Source: Eledone cirrhosa | Taxonomy: Eukaryota | Assembly (NCBI GenBank): GCA_964016885.1 | Contig: OZ024749.1 | Span: 24,552,001 to 24,616,000, forward strand | Length of the DNA: 64,000 nt | Reading direction: 5' to 3' | In this document: piece after piece, positions 28,547 through 43,093 of the stretch | Position numbering within the stretch: position 1 is the first letter of the stretch | Layout of the letters: each line of letters starts with the position of its first letter | Translations under genes and position numbers: made by a program | Notes under the pieces: generated by a model | What the model was told of the DNA's origin: nothing | What the model saw: the letters and a program-made list of their open reading frames with translations, nothing else | Databases searched by the model: none

Positions 28547-28640
28547 GTGTCCTAAAAGCATTTATGCACACTTTGATTAGAATGCTGTTGTAGAATGCTG
28601 TTTAGAATGGTGTGAGTATATATATCTCCTTGGGACTACC

Positions 28641-28705
<65 letters not shown>

Positions 28706-28777
28706 TGAAATAGCAGGATTGACCATATTACCATACGGTATAACCAGTTCTATCCAGTGGTGAACCAACAAACCTTA

Positions 28778-28849
<72 letters not shown>

Positions 28850-28950
28850 GGCGCCCCAAGGATATATATATATATACTCACACCATTCTAAACAGCATTC
28901 TACAACACCATTCTAATCAAAGTGTGCATACATGCTTTTAGGACACTCTG

Positions 28951-29012
<62 letters not shown>

Positions 29013-29217
29013 AGATAACGGGTTGTCGTTATCGGCAGTCCACTTATATCGCATAGATATCATAAAATCTTCAATAGAAAAAACTATAAAACTATAAAAC
29101 TATAAAATGCTCATACTCTACTGCTGCCAACATTGAATGGCACATGCGGAAGCATTCTAAACAGCATTCTACAACACCATTCGATTCAAAGTGTGCATAC
29201 ATGCTTTTAGGACACTC

Positions 29218-29255
<38 letters not shown>

Positions 29256-29315
29256 TATATATATGCAGAGTGTCCTAAAAGCAGGTATGCACACTTTGAA
29301 TCGAATGGTGTTGTA

Positions 29316-29318
<3 letters not shown>
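28543..29318. mobile_element. Four copies or fragments of a ~100-bp Tc1/mariner-like MITE in alternating orientation (28543-28643, 28847-28950, ~29150-29219, 29266-29318)
   Basis: Ends ta-cagagtgtcc...ggactaccctg-ta; shared core gcacactttgattagaatg. Confidence 0.65.
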
Positions 29319-29366
<48 letters not shown>

Positions 29367-30332
29367 TTAGATGTGGGGTAGCATAATAAGATGGTAAGAT
29401 ATGTATTTATGTTTTTACACAAACATATATATTCTTCATTACCCATATATTGGTCAGAGTCCTCAGATATTCCCTCTAGTGGGGTCTGTCAAATACCACC
29501 CTCTCCCATCTGATCTTGCTGTTATTGTTACGATATTGTATTCTGGCTGAAATACTTCTGAAATCTTGGAATATTTTATCAATTATTCCTTTTGTCATAT
29601 TAAATTATGTCACTAATCGTAATCACAGCTTTAAGTAATAATTCTATCGTCTCCACAGTTTATTCCAGTTTGGTGTTTATTTTATGGAACTCTATTATTT
29701 CCCGGTGGTCTTTGTTACGTTGGATGCTCTTTGTGAAAGCTGCCTAAAGCACACACGTGTAAATTCAGAAAAGGTATCATAGCCATATACGTCGAGCGCA
29801 TGAAAAAACACCCACATGAAAAAACACACACATACAGACACACACAGACACAGACACACACATACACACAGAGACACACACATACATACACATACACACA
29901 CATACACACGCACTCATACGCACGCACGCACACGCACACGCACACGCACATAGACACACACAGACAAACAGACACACATACACACAAACACACACAGACA
30001 CACACAGACACACACACACACGCATACATGCACATATATATATATACATGCATATATATATAAATACGTATATATATATTTAAATATATGTATACATAGT
30101 TGTATATATATATATTTACATGCATATATATATATATACTTATATATATATTTGTATATATGTATACATAGTTTTATATATATTAATGCATATATGTAAA
30201 TATATACTTATATATATATTTATATATATGTATACATAGTTGTATATATATATATATACATATATACCTGTATATATACATATATATATATTTATATATA
30301 TGTATACATAGTTGTATATATATATATATTCC

Positions 30333-30410
<78 letters not shown>

Positions 30411-30416
30411 TATATG

Positions 30417-30680
30417 CAAAAGTTCTATTTAAAATTGTCGGGGTACAAGAAGTAAATATGAAAAGTTTTTGGAGTAGATATACGATAGTAATAAATGGAA
30501 ACTCTATGTATAAAACCATATTTATTTCATTATACATATTTCAGGGATACTAAAATAAATTATGGTATGCCTTCATCAGACAAAATAGGCATACCATAAT
30601 TTAATTTCGTATCCCTGAAATATGTATAATGAAATAAATATGGTTTTATAAATATAGTTTCCATTTATTAATATCGTATA
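30417..30680. mobile_element. Tiny inverted pLTR pair of a family A relative
   Basis: Inversion point ~30587; the minus arm holds a complete HHR, the plus arm starts inside stem II. Confidence 0.8.
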
Positions 30681-30807
30681 TATTATATATATATTTATGT
30701 ATATGTATACATAGTTGTATATATATATATATACCTGCATATATATATATGTATATATATGTATATTTATATATATACTTATATTTATATATATGTATAC
30801 ATAGTCG

Positions 30808-30874
<67 letters not shown>

Positions 30875-30941
30875 TTATATATATATATATATATATATAC
30901 TTATATATATATGTATATATATACTTATATATGTATGTATG

Positions 30942-30990
<49 letters not shown>

Positions 30991-30993
30991 TTA

Positions 30994-31048
<55 letters not shown>

Positions 31049-31070
31049 TTATACATATATATATATACTT

Positions 31071-31109
<39 letters not shown>

Positions 31110-31112
31110 CTT

Positions 31113-31151
<39 letters not shown>

Positions 31152-31175
31152 CTTCTATATATATATATATATATA

Positions 31176-31253
<78 letters not shown>

Positions 31254-31306
31254 TATATATATATATATATATATATACATATATATATACTTATATATAT
31301 ATATAT

Positions 31307-32400
31307 ACCATAACGTACCAAAGTACTCAATAATTAGGGTAGTAGAGTGGGTAATAGGAACGTTTCGACGGCTAATTCTGGACTAAATGAAAACTTTTAT
31401 CCTGGTATATGAATAGCCCAGCTTCTCAGGGGGTAATTCCATATATGGTAAAAGTGATTGTCACAAGGATTGGTCAAAACTTTGTTGTTGAGACACGTAA
31501 TTCTATCATGGAATTTTGTGGAAGGGAGGGGTAGATGAACCTGCCAGTAGAAGAAAGAGGGAGAGGGTGTGGAGGAAACCCTGTCTCGCGTGATAGTGCC
31601 AACTACAGCAGGGCAGGAGGTCAATCAAGTATACTAGGGAGGGGGAGGGGGATGAAGTCGAAACAATAAGTAAAACAATATGGGGTAAATATATAGAAGA
31701 ATACCGAGAATGTTAAAAAAGCAATTAAATATTTAAAAAAAAATGTCTGGTTACTATTCCCTAACAACAGCCATCATGTCTATCACTGGTACTGCTAAAC
31801 TATAGAAAAGTTTACTAGGTGGGACGGAATTATAATGAGACCCTTTTAAGAGGTAGTAGTAATCAACCGCGTATATCTTACGGTGACTGGTCAACAAGTG
31901 GGGTGGGGGGTGGGGGGGGGGGGGGGGCAAAATACTAAAGAAACTACCACAAAATAATAATTCAGAGTCCCGAGAGTAATACGAAATAATTGTTTCTACC
32001 CTAGGCACAAGGCCAGCAACCACCCAGTGCAAAAAATAAACTAATACAAAATAATAATTCAGAATCCCGAAAAAGAATATTAATACTTTCCCTAAGGTGC
32101 CGCTACGATACAAAAATTCTAGTGTAAACTACATAAATGCTCGTACGAAGTATATGAAAAATTTGATACGGAAAATTAATTCAAAATCCACCCCTCCCCC
32201 ACCCACCCAAGAAAATAAATACTGATATACAAGAAATTAAAGCAAAGATACCACTAAGAAATGTAGAAAGCGGAAAAGGGGCAGCTATCGCATAAGAAAG
32301 CAAGTATCCGGGGTCTATAACATCTTCTATAAAAAGGCGGAGTCGGCCAATTCTATCATAGAATAGGGGAAGGGGTTGGGGGTACTGAGGCTACAAGGAC
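31307..32400 (-). mobile_element. Diverged 3' UTR/pLTR of PLE family E
   Basis: Colinear with 46560-47800 (ggggtaattccatatatggt, aggtgggacgga, aggcggagtc, ggggtact.aggctacaagg). Confidence 0.8.
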
Positions 32401-32638
32401 CATATGTATATATCGGTATATACATATGTTTCTGTATGTCTCTTGTGTTGGAAAGGAGGTAATGTATGTAAACAATCATTGAAAAATTGCTCCGAATTAT
32501 CCAAACCTCGGTTCGGACGAAACAATTGTAAGTAATAAATGGTTTGAACAGAACTTTGATTCATGTGATTTCTCTCTCTCTATATATATATACTCATATA
32601 TATATACTCATATATATATATATATATAAATATATATA

Positions 32639-32676
<38 letters not shown>

Positions 32677-32687
32677 TCATATATATG

Positions 32688-32767
<80 letters not shown>

Positions 32768-32827
32768 CTCATATATATGTATATATAAATATATATATAT
32801 ATATATATACTCATATATATATATATA

Positions 32828-35010
32828 TATTAGTTTTGCGAGGTTTTTTATATGAAATCGTCTGTCGAAACAAATATAGTTATACTCGGGGAGGGTCATA
32901 TTTGTGTAATATTGCCAGAATTAATAAAAGAACACACGCACTGTTTGGTTGGATTTCGCTTTTCGCTTCTGTGTCTTTTATATCGGTAATCTAATTTATT
33001 CGGTCCTCAATGTTGCCATTGACTGACCGGCGGTCAAAAATAATACAGATACAATATAGACACAAACACATATATATAGTTTATCAGAGTTCTTTCGTTG
33101 CACATCTGCAAATGATCAGTGGTGCTATTGTTTCCTCCCGTTGCATTGTATGTCTACGCCATTTTTATTTAGTCTGTATATATATTTATTTATTTATTTG
33201 TTTGTTTGTTCATTTTATTTTGTCTTCTTTGCGCATGCGTTTGCGTGTGTGTATAGTGTTTTGTTTGATGTGTGTTCGTGATTGCGTGACTAGTGTGTGT
33301 TTATATGTGTTTATTGTTATTGTGCTTGTGTATGTATTTATTTATTTATTTATCTATTTACTTATTTATTTATACTTCTCTTAGGTCAGTGTTGTTTGTT
33401 TGGGTGTTTTTGTTATTCCATTCATTCTTTCTGTTTAGTCTTGGCCTTCTAAGTTCTATGTCACTGGCCTCTCTGATTTGCCTATCTGCTGGGTCATTTC
33501 TATGTTTAGATATTATTCTAATTTCTATGTTGTCTATGTTACCGTCGTGTTGTTGTCTGGCATGTTCGTATAGTACTGATCCGTTTTCTCGTCCTTTTTT
33601 GGTCCTTTTAGGTGACAAATAGATGACGAGGCACAGGCACAGTTCACCATAGTTAGAAATAAGTTTAGACAAATAGTAGACCGGTATACTAAGAGACAGA
33701 GCAGACCAGAGGCCCAACAACTTGGGAGGAAACCTGTAGAAGGCTTGGTTAGCCTCAAGCAGCGCACAAGTGATAGTGAGGTAGTATGTCTACCCACGGA
33801 TAAGTCTGGTAGGATGTCAATAGATAGCATGGCGAACTACATAAGGGCTATGCAACCCCACATCACCAACATGAGCGAAATTGCACAGCAAACACATGAT
33901 GGGAGAGAGAAAATCCTCAACGCTCACATGATGATGTGGACTGACATCCTAAAGCCAAGCAGACGCACTGCCAACAACTTCCAGGCGTCTAACAATGGCA
34001 TACCACCCTTGTATGGGCTCCGCAAAGACCACAAGACAGTCGACGACCCGACAACAGGACCACCAACAAGACCCCTATGCGGAGCTAATATAGCTAGCAA
34101 CTACAGGATCTCCTACTTCCTCTCAATGGTTATACGCCCCATAATCAAGATGGCCCCAGATGTATGTGACAGTACAGAGGACCTCCTCAGCAGAATCGGT
34201 GAGTGCACCAAAAACAGGAACCTATCCAACTGCATAATAGGCAGCATGGATGTGGTATTACTGTACCCATCCATTAACATTGATTTTGCTGTGAAAAAAT
34301 GTGTGAAGTTGATCATTGAGAGTGAGGTGGAGTTCTGCGACGTCGACACAGACGAACTGGGCCTCCTTCTTAGACTTACCTACGACACTGACTACCTAGA
34401 CAGCCATGACCTTAGATGTTTCTGCCCTAGTAGACCTATAAGAGGTAGACCCCCACCATAACCTCAATGGCAAAAAAGAACCCCATGGGATGGGGGATTG
34501 GGTGGACCAAAGCTATACGGACCCCCAAACAATGATCAGGTAAGAAAAATGGTCGCACATGCAATAGGGGCTAGTATCAAAACTACCCTAAAGGGCCACA
34601 TATTCAAATTCAACGAGAAGATCTACACCCAAAATGAGGAACAGCCATTGGCGTCCGCATAGCTGGTGATGTTGCGAACCTTTTCATGGTATGGTGGGAA
34701 AGGAGACTTAAAGATCTCCTTAATGAAAGCTCCATAGACCTCATCATGTACTCTTGTTACGTCGACGATATCAATATAGTCATAAGAACATCCCAACTAG
34801 AGAGCACTAACAAGTTTGATTTAGAACGTAGCACAATGGAAAGCATTCAGCAGATAGCTAATTCCATACTCCAGAATATAACTGTAACTATAGACTTCCC
34901 TTCCAAACACCCTAACAATAGACTACCTGTATTAGACACGGAACTCTGGATTAACACTATAGACGAGAGAGCCCAAATTCTCCACTCACACTATGCTAGA
35001 CCCATGGCCT
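32828..35010 (+). mobile_element. Decayed PLE, family B2 (Nematis-like): inverted 3' arm 32828-33615 and RT arm 33615-35010
   Basis: RT pieces PTDKSGR, PPLYGLRKDHK, GSMDVVLLYPSI, YVDD, LPVLD with frameshifts; minus arm encodes SVLYEH...RQIREA...PRLNRKNEW; degenerate HHR near 33085-33125. Confidence 0.88.
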
Positions 35011-35456
35011 ATGTATCATTTATATGAATGTTATAGAAGCTTGTGTGTAGAGAAATATTATAAATATTAAAAATATTAGAATTGTGTACATTACCAGTAT
35101 GATACATTACCAGTACAACCCCCTTAATAATCTTGTTTACCCGTTTAAAGTGCTTGTATTACATGTAACACCCTGCTGCACTATAATATTTATAAATAAG
35201 ACACACGTGCTTGCCACACGTATAACTATTGCACATACTTACTGCTTCTGACTATCCTATCGCATTAAATTCATGTTGTAATTTAACATAAATTTTAATT
35301 TTATCCTCTTTTGATATGAATGTAATCTTTAAATGTATACTGCCATGCTAAATTTTATAATGGATGTCGACCCACCAAGCAACCATATATGCATATGTAT
35401 CTGTATGTCTCTTGGGTTGAAAAGGAGGTCAAATCTGTGATCATCCATTAATAAAT

Positions 35457-35503
35457 TGATCCGAAGAATCCAAACCTCGGTTTGGAGGAAACAATTGTAA
35501 GCA
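35457..35503 (+). ncRNA. HHR-like motif with CCGAAGA core (more degenerate copy at 32487-32535) in a shared ~150-bp repeat end
   Basis: tgat CCGAAGA a TCCAAAC ctcg GTTTGGA g GAAA CAATTG TA agca. Confidence 0.6.
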
Positions 35504-35556
35504 TATAAATGATTTGAACAGAACTTTGATAATTATAACTTATATATATATATATA

Positions 35557-38500
35557 TGCAAAGTTTTATTTAAATTGTTGGGTTAACAACGAGTAAATAT
35601 TTATAACTGATATAAAAGCACTCAACAAGTATTTGGAGTATATTTACGATATTAAATAAATGGAAACTATACTTATAAAACCATATTTATTTCATTATAT
35701 ATATTTCAGGGATATCATATTAAAAATATGTTATGCCTTCTTCAGACACAATACAATATAAACAGTCTTATAAATAGATAGATTCGACATACCTTTCAAC
35801 TTCGACTTCTATTTGAAAAGTTGATTTGGTAGTGAAAAAATATTAGGGACAGTTATAAAAAGAAAGAAAGAAAAACGAAGAAAAATAAGAAATGCATGCA
35901 ACTAAATAGTGAGAGATAGATATAGAGAGATAGATAGAGAGAAGAAATTCATGTAAAGAAAACAGAGAGAGATATATAGAGAGAGGAAAAAAACACAGAG
36001 GGAGATATATATAGAGAGAGAGAGAAAATATAGAGAGATAGATATAGATAGAGATAGAGAGAAAGAAAATAGGTAGTTGGGCACCAGTTGAATGACATAT
36101 CAATGATATATTTATTTATTTATTTATTTATTTATTTAGCTCTAGTATTAATGTAGAGAGAGATATATGTGGTTAAGAGAGAAAACAGCCGTTACATAGT
36201 GAGAAAAGAAAAACATCCAGACACAAACGAGGCAGATCCAAAACACCATGCTTCATCAATGCAAAAAACATCAATTCGTACAAATCAGGCATTATAATGT
36301 AAATATCAGTATTCATGAATGAGACACGTATCAATAATGTGTGAAAAATAATGATCATATGTCTAGTTTAAAATTCCTAGGTTTATATTAGAGTTGAGGT
36401 AAAATAGAAGGTTATCCCAGATTCGATACTATATACATCCATGTGAATTTACGTGATCAGCTCTGCAAATTTCACACGAAAATTTCCTCATTGTGCTATA
36501 AAAATTCTAGTATACATATATGTGTACATACACACAAATATATATAGAGTCTACATTAATTCTAACAATACTATTCTTGTCTTTACTCTACATGATTATC
36601 GTTCAAGCATAAATAGAGAACAGATATCAATATATCAATAAAAATATCAGAAAAAAAAAAAATAAAAAACAAAAAAAAAAAAATAAAAAAAAATATTAAA
36701 AATAAAAATATTAAAAATATTAAAAATAAAAATAAAACATAGTATGCCCCGCAAATCAACCACAGAGATCAACCCTTCAAAGTTAATTGACAATATATTG
36801 CCAAGTTCGTTATAAGCATCAGAATCAAAAGCAAACAAAAACCAAGAATTATTTACCAAATCCTGTCTAGCAGAAAACATTCCAAAAGTTTAGGATACCC
36901 ATTTGATCTACAGATGGTCTTATATTTAATATAGAAGTTTGTCTAGTGTAAAATTTATTCGATATATTTGGAGCATCAGCTTTTAGGGTAGTTTAATTAT
37001 TCATGAAGAATGTTTAAAATAAAAAGGAATCGAAAGATTTATCGGCGAGTTTCATAAATAATTATAAATCAAATTAAATATACTACATTTTAAATTTATA
37101 TTTATATTTAAAAGTTGAGTTCAATCTATGTCTGCAGCAACTGAATAAATTTATCCGTAAATTAAGGGAATTTTTAGATTTTAGTATAAAGAATATCTCT
37201 TCCGCGCAGAGGTCACATGTCTCAGAGGATGAATTAAAAGGAATCCCTCTTGAGACTATATTCCAAGCCGTTGAATATCCAACGTTATCATGCCTAAGTT
37301 GCCAGAGTAAGCCTGATAGTGATGTTGACGATTTTTTGCTTGGATCTGTGAAAGAATTCTTGTGGTTATTATAGCGAAGTTTAAATTCTGTCGAGGTGGA
37401 ACCAACATAGTTAAAAGAATTTAAGTCCGTTTTAACATTACAGTTGTATATTATATTTTTAACTAAGCAATTGTTATTTAACGGACATTTATATCTATCT
37501 CTACAGTTACATTTGTTAACTTGGATATTATTTATGCTATTATCGGTATTTTGGCTAGGTTTTAAATTCCTATTATTTATTCTATTAATATTTTGTGCTA
37601 AATTTTTGGTGGATGAGTATGTTAATTTTATAGTATGTCTATTGAAAATTGAGTGATACCTATGTGTTCTAGGGAAGCGATTATCAAGAGCATTAAAAAA
37701 TAGTTTAGCGATGTGGGTTTTAATGTTTAGTGAGAAAGGGAGGGCAAACCATATTATATTCCTAGTTCTATTTCTTTTTTGGTTTTTGGAATTATTGTAA
37801 TGCTTTCTATTATAGTTGTTAAAGTTGTTGCCGTAATTAAAATTGTTGTTATTTTGGTTAGTTTGTCTATTATTATCTATGTACATAATTTCATCATTAT
37901 ATCCTGCTCTAGCTAACGCTTCATTGTAATACTGGGCTTTTTCGTCGAAAATCTTTTTATTAGATGAGATTCTAGAGATACGTTTTTGAACAGAGTTTAC
38001 TATAGTATTTTTAACAGATCTGGGGTGGCTAGGGTTAAAGCTGACATAGTTTAAGTTTTCATTCAACTTGTGAAATGGATAGTGAAGACATGTGTTGAGA
38101 TTTAATGTTACATCTAGGAAATTGACCATTCTATGGTTATTCTCAATTTCTATTTTTAGATTAAAGTAATTAAAAAATTGTGTAATTTGTTTTCTTTTTC
38201 TATTTAGTTCAGAGTTATTATTTTCAATAAGTAAAAGCATGTCATCTCTATATAAACCTCCGGTAGCACCGGGTATTTTCCTATGCAGCGAATTGATTAA
38301 AAATAGGCCCACAAGGTCAGTTACCTGAGCTGAGTCGGATGATCCCATAGTAATGTCAAAATTGTTATCTCTATCTGCTCTGGTCCATAGCTGGTCATTA
38401 AATTCTATCAATGTTTTCCTAGCCGATAATATAATGTGCATTTCATTGCTAGTTAGGTCTGTATGTTTGAATGCGTAATTTAGTGCCTTATTTAGTAGAT

Positions 38501-39249
38501 TAGGGGTAATAGATGAATAATAGTTAGCAATATCTAGTTGAATAAAATTATTATTATTGTTATATTTAATTTATTTAAACCACTCAACAACCTCTCCAGT
38601 TCCCTTCCACAAGCTCAAGTTAGGTACACAATTCAAGTTTTTAATTTGCTGTATCACCCTGTCAAGAATGTTTTTGCTTAGTTTACCCAGGTCCGATTTT
38701 GATGGTGCAATCAATCTGACTGGCAGGTCATTTTCAAAATTTCTTTTGTGATCTTTCATATTGATCTTCGGTTTCCTGGGCACGAAAGGTTGTGTTCTGT
38801 TCTCAATTTCCAACTCATGCATTATACAAGATGCCTCAACATTCATTTTCTCAAGCTCGGCCTTATCTGCTACCTTGTACTTTTTCCTCAGTTCTTTCAG
38901 TATGAGGCTATTATACATGTCTTTTTGCACTCCATAGAGGTTGTTGGTCTTGTCAGATTTCACCAAGATCTTCTCAGTTTTCTCTAAGCTCTCAATATTA
39001 TCCTTAATGCCTTTCTGATATTCCTGGCCTTTGAAGTTTCTCTTGAATTTGACTCCTTGTATGATAGAAATTATATCGTTTTCAAAGTCAAATAAAAGTT
39101 TGTTGGGGGGTGGATTTCTTTTAGATTTGAAAACTTTGTCTAAGTCCGAGACATTTTCATTTATATTAGATTTATCAAAGTGGAATGCCCGCCACCTGAT
39201 TCTCCTTTTCTTTCTCTCTATCTCTATCTATATCTATCTCTCTATATTT

Positions 39250-39333
<84 letters not shown>

Positions 39334-39699
39334 ATATATATCTCCCTCTGTGTTTTTTTTCCTCTCTCTATATATCTCTCTCTGTTTTCTTTACATGAAT
39401 TTTTTCGCTCTATCTATCTCTCTATATCTATCTCTCTCTATTTAGTTGCATGAATTTCTTCTTTTTCTTCGTTTTTCTTTCTTTCTTTTTATAACTGTCC
39501 CTAATATTTTTTCACTACCAAATCAACTTTTCAAATAGAAGTCGAAGTTGAAAGGTATGTCGAATCTATCTATTTATAAGACTGTTTATATTGTATTTTG
39601 TCTGAAGAAGGCATAACATATTTTTAATATGATATCCCTGAAATATATATAATGAAATAAATATGGTTTTATAAATATAGTTTCCATTTATTTAATATC

Positions 39700-39702
<3 letters not shown>
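35557..39702 (-). mobile_element. Second family A PLE: 5'-truncated ORF plus 3' UTR (35557-39205) and inverted pLTR 39206-39702
   Basis: Colinear with 9227-12960; (TA)n flanks. Confidence 0.93.
37083..39205 (-). pseudogene. Disrupted RT-GIY-YIG ORF, close paralogue of the 738-aa protein
   Basis: Fragments of 131 aa and 452 aa nearly match the intact ORF; premature stop at ~38571; N-terminal ~35 codons missing. Confidence 0.92.
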
Positions 39703-39796
<94 letters not shown>

Positions 39797-39834
39797 TATA
39801 TACTCATATATATATTTATATATATATATATATA

Positions 39835-39881
<47 letters not shown>

Positions 39882-40092
39882 TTATATATATTTAATACAT
39901 ATATATATATTTAATACATATATATATTAAAGTTTACATATATATATACATACACATACATATACGTGTTTTGCAACTGGTCACTTTGTGGCTCAATGAA
40001 AAATTAATAAATTAAACAATCAGAGCTATATATCATAAAACATGTCTATAGATTCACATGTGATTCTATAGACATGTTTTATGATATATATA

Positions 40093-40135
<43 letters not shown>

Positions 40136-40249
40136 TAATATATATATACTCATATATATTTATATATATATATATATACTCATATATATATATATATATA
40201 TATATACAGTCATATATATATATATACTCATATATATATATATGTACTC

Positions 40250-40283
<34 letters not shown>

Positions 40284-40285
40284 GT

Positions 40286-40328
<43 letters not shown>

Positions 40329-40374
40329 TATATACATATACATATATATACATATATATACATATTTAGATATA

Positions 40375-40690
40375 CACACAAAAAGAAGATGGCGTAGGAC
40401 AGAACAAAGGAGAGGCACAAAGAAAAGAACCCCCAGTGACTGAAGAGGTCACATAATGTGTGACGAAAGAACTTTGACAATATATAAACAACCGTCTGGT
40501 TGTGGAACCAACCAACCACCCGGAAATTTATAAATTCCTAAATTTTATAAATATATTATGATTAATTGAAGTTAAACAACTGGTGCGTGTGTTCCTTACG
40601 GGCAACATGACACTCCCAAAGTATAACAATATCGGTTTCAACACACGTTTTCAGATAAAGAATCTTGCTAAACAAATTCAGGAACGAAAT
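40375..40690 (+). mobile_element. Solo pLTR end of a family B1 relative, with HHR at ~40435-40478
   Basis: Similar to 46245-46510 and to the reverse complement of 40828-41150. Confidence 0.8.
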
Positions 40691-40705
40691 ATACATATAT
40701 ATACT

Positions 40706-40830
<125 letters not shown>

Positions 40831-41329
40831 CGTTTCTGAATTTGTTTAGCAAGATTCTTTATCTGAAATCGTGTGTTGAAACCGATATTGTTATACTTTG
40901 GGAGGGTAATGTTGCCAATAAGAAACACACGCACCAGTAGCTTTCACTTCAATTTATTATATATTTATAAATTTATAAATTTACAAATCTAGAAACTTAT
41001 AAATTTATGGTTGGTTGGTTGGTTCCACAACCAGATAGTTGTTTATATATAGTCATAGTCCGTTCGTCACACACTCTGTGACCTCTTCAGTGACTGGGGA
41101 TTCCTTCTTTGTTTCTGTGCCTTTCCTTTCTTCTGTCCTACGCCATTTTGTTTCTGTGTGTGTGTTGTGTGCTCAGTTTGCGCATGCGCCACATCCGGGT
41201 GTCTGTGTGTGTTTGTGTTCATTTATCTATTTGTTTATTTATTTATTTATTTATTGTTGGTTGGTTGTTTGTTCTATGTGTGTGTGTGTTTTCATTTTGT
41301 CCTAAATTGTAAGTTGTGATGTTGCTGTT

Positions 41330-43093
41330 CCACTCATATTTTCTATTTAATTTTGGTTGTAATTATTTTATGCTTACTGCCTCTGTAATTTGCCTAAACA
41401 TTGCATCTTTTCTGTGTGTGGATTCTATTTTTATTTCTATGTCCTCTAATTTACCCCTGTGTTCTATCTTAGCATGTTGGTAGAGCACAGATGATTCTTT
41501 ATTATCTTGAAGGTCTCGCCAGTGTTCATTTATTCGTTCCCCTATACTACGAGCTGTCTCACCTATGTACACTATATTTTTGTTTCTACATTGTCCTTTA
41601 GTACATCTTATGCTATACACTACATTTCTAGTTTTACAGTTAATATGGGGACTTATTTTACAGGTTATACATTACTTATCTATACATGAGGGTCTTTGGA
41701 ACGGGTATGTCTTGCTAATATGTGTTTTTACGGAGGTACCTGGTCTTTCTACTATCTTAATATTGAGTTTATGTTTATTTAGGGCCCTTCTAAATTTGTA
41801 GGCTAGTTCGCCTCTAGGGGTTGTATTGATGAACATTACACTCTGGTATTTATTGCTATCATACCATGAGTTTATTCTATTGGCCTTGTTCCTAGTTCTT
41901 TCTATTCTATTCCAAAATGTGCTCCTATACAAGGGACAGGTCCCATTTATGTCATTATTTACCATTTTTTCCCATTTGGTTCTGGCTCCTCTATACACTC
42001 TGATTCTATCTCTCTGATTGTAGCCAGAGAACTGCATACGGTGGATGAAGTGTTGTATGTGTCTATCTAGTTCTTCGGGGTTGCACATGCGGGACACATT
42101 TCTCATCACCCGTACCAAATCCGCAATCAGGATGTTGATTTTGGTATGGTCCGAAATGGCCGAGTTTCGGTGGATCAGATGTTTGGAAGTCATGGGTTTG
42201 GCATAATGGGAATGGAGGATTTGTTTTTGGTTGTTAATGGTATCTAACCAGAGCTCTGTGTCTAGTACAGGTAATCGATGGTTGGGGTGTCTACTTGGGT
42301 AGTCTATAGTAACTCTAATGCTCTGGTGGATGGAGTTTGCTATTTGCTGGATGCTTTCCATTGTGTTTTTCTCTAGTTCCTGACTGTTCTTTAGTGGGGG
42401 TGTCTTAACTACGATGTTTATATCATCTACGTAGCGGGAGTACATTATCAGGGTTAAGCTGTCTTCTAATTGTTCTTTAAGTTTTTGTTTAAGTCTACTG
42501 TCCCACCATACCATGAATAAGTTAGCTATGTCGCCTGCAATGCTAACACCAATGGGTGCTCCTTCCTCTTGGGCATACGTTTTACCATTAAATTTGAACA
42601 TATGTTCCATAAGGGTTAATTTTATGCTGGCCCCTACTGCATGTGCAATCATTTTCTTCAGTTCATCGTGGTTTTCGGGTGTCCGTATGGCTCTGGTCCA
42701 CCCGTTCCATCTATATGTGTGGGTTTTGTTGGCCATTGAGGTAATGGTAGGTGGTCTGCCTCTTGCTGGTCTTGTAGGGCACAGGTTGCTAAGGTCATAA
42801 GTGTCTAGGTAACTATTACTATGGGTAAGCTTAAGTAGAAGTCCCAGCTCACTGGTATCAATCCCACGGAATTCAACCTTGCTCTAGCTGATCATTTCTA
42901 CGCATTTCTCCACAGCAAAATCCATGTCATAGATGGATACAGGGACACAACATCCATACTGCCTATTATGCAGTTTGTTAGGTCTCCAGATCGGTTACTC
43001 GCCCCGATTCTGCTGAGGAGGTCCTCCGTGCTGTCACATACATCTTGGGACATCTCAATGATGGGGCGTATGATCAGGGAGAGGAAGTAGGAC
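41330..43093 (-). pseudogene. Inverted copy of the RT and GIY-YIG part of the family B1 ORF
   Basis: ORF-track pieces of 65, 354 and 85 aa; frameshift near 42930 and in-frame TAA at 41672. Confidence 0.9.

Noticed and set aside
28543-29318. Repeat-spacer pattern suggestive of CRISPR
   Set aside because: Eukaryotic context, alternating orientation, irregular spacing and no cas genes
41672-41674. Selenocysteine recoding as known in some Naiad PLEs
   Set aside because: The stop is TAA, not TGA, and the domain order is RT then endonuclease; the one TGA at a Cys position is in the dead RTE fragment
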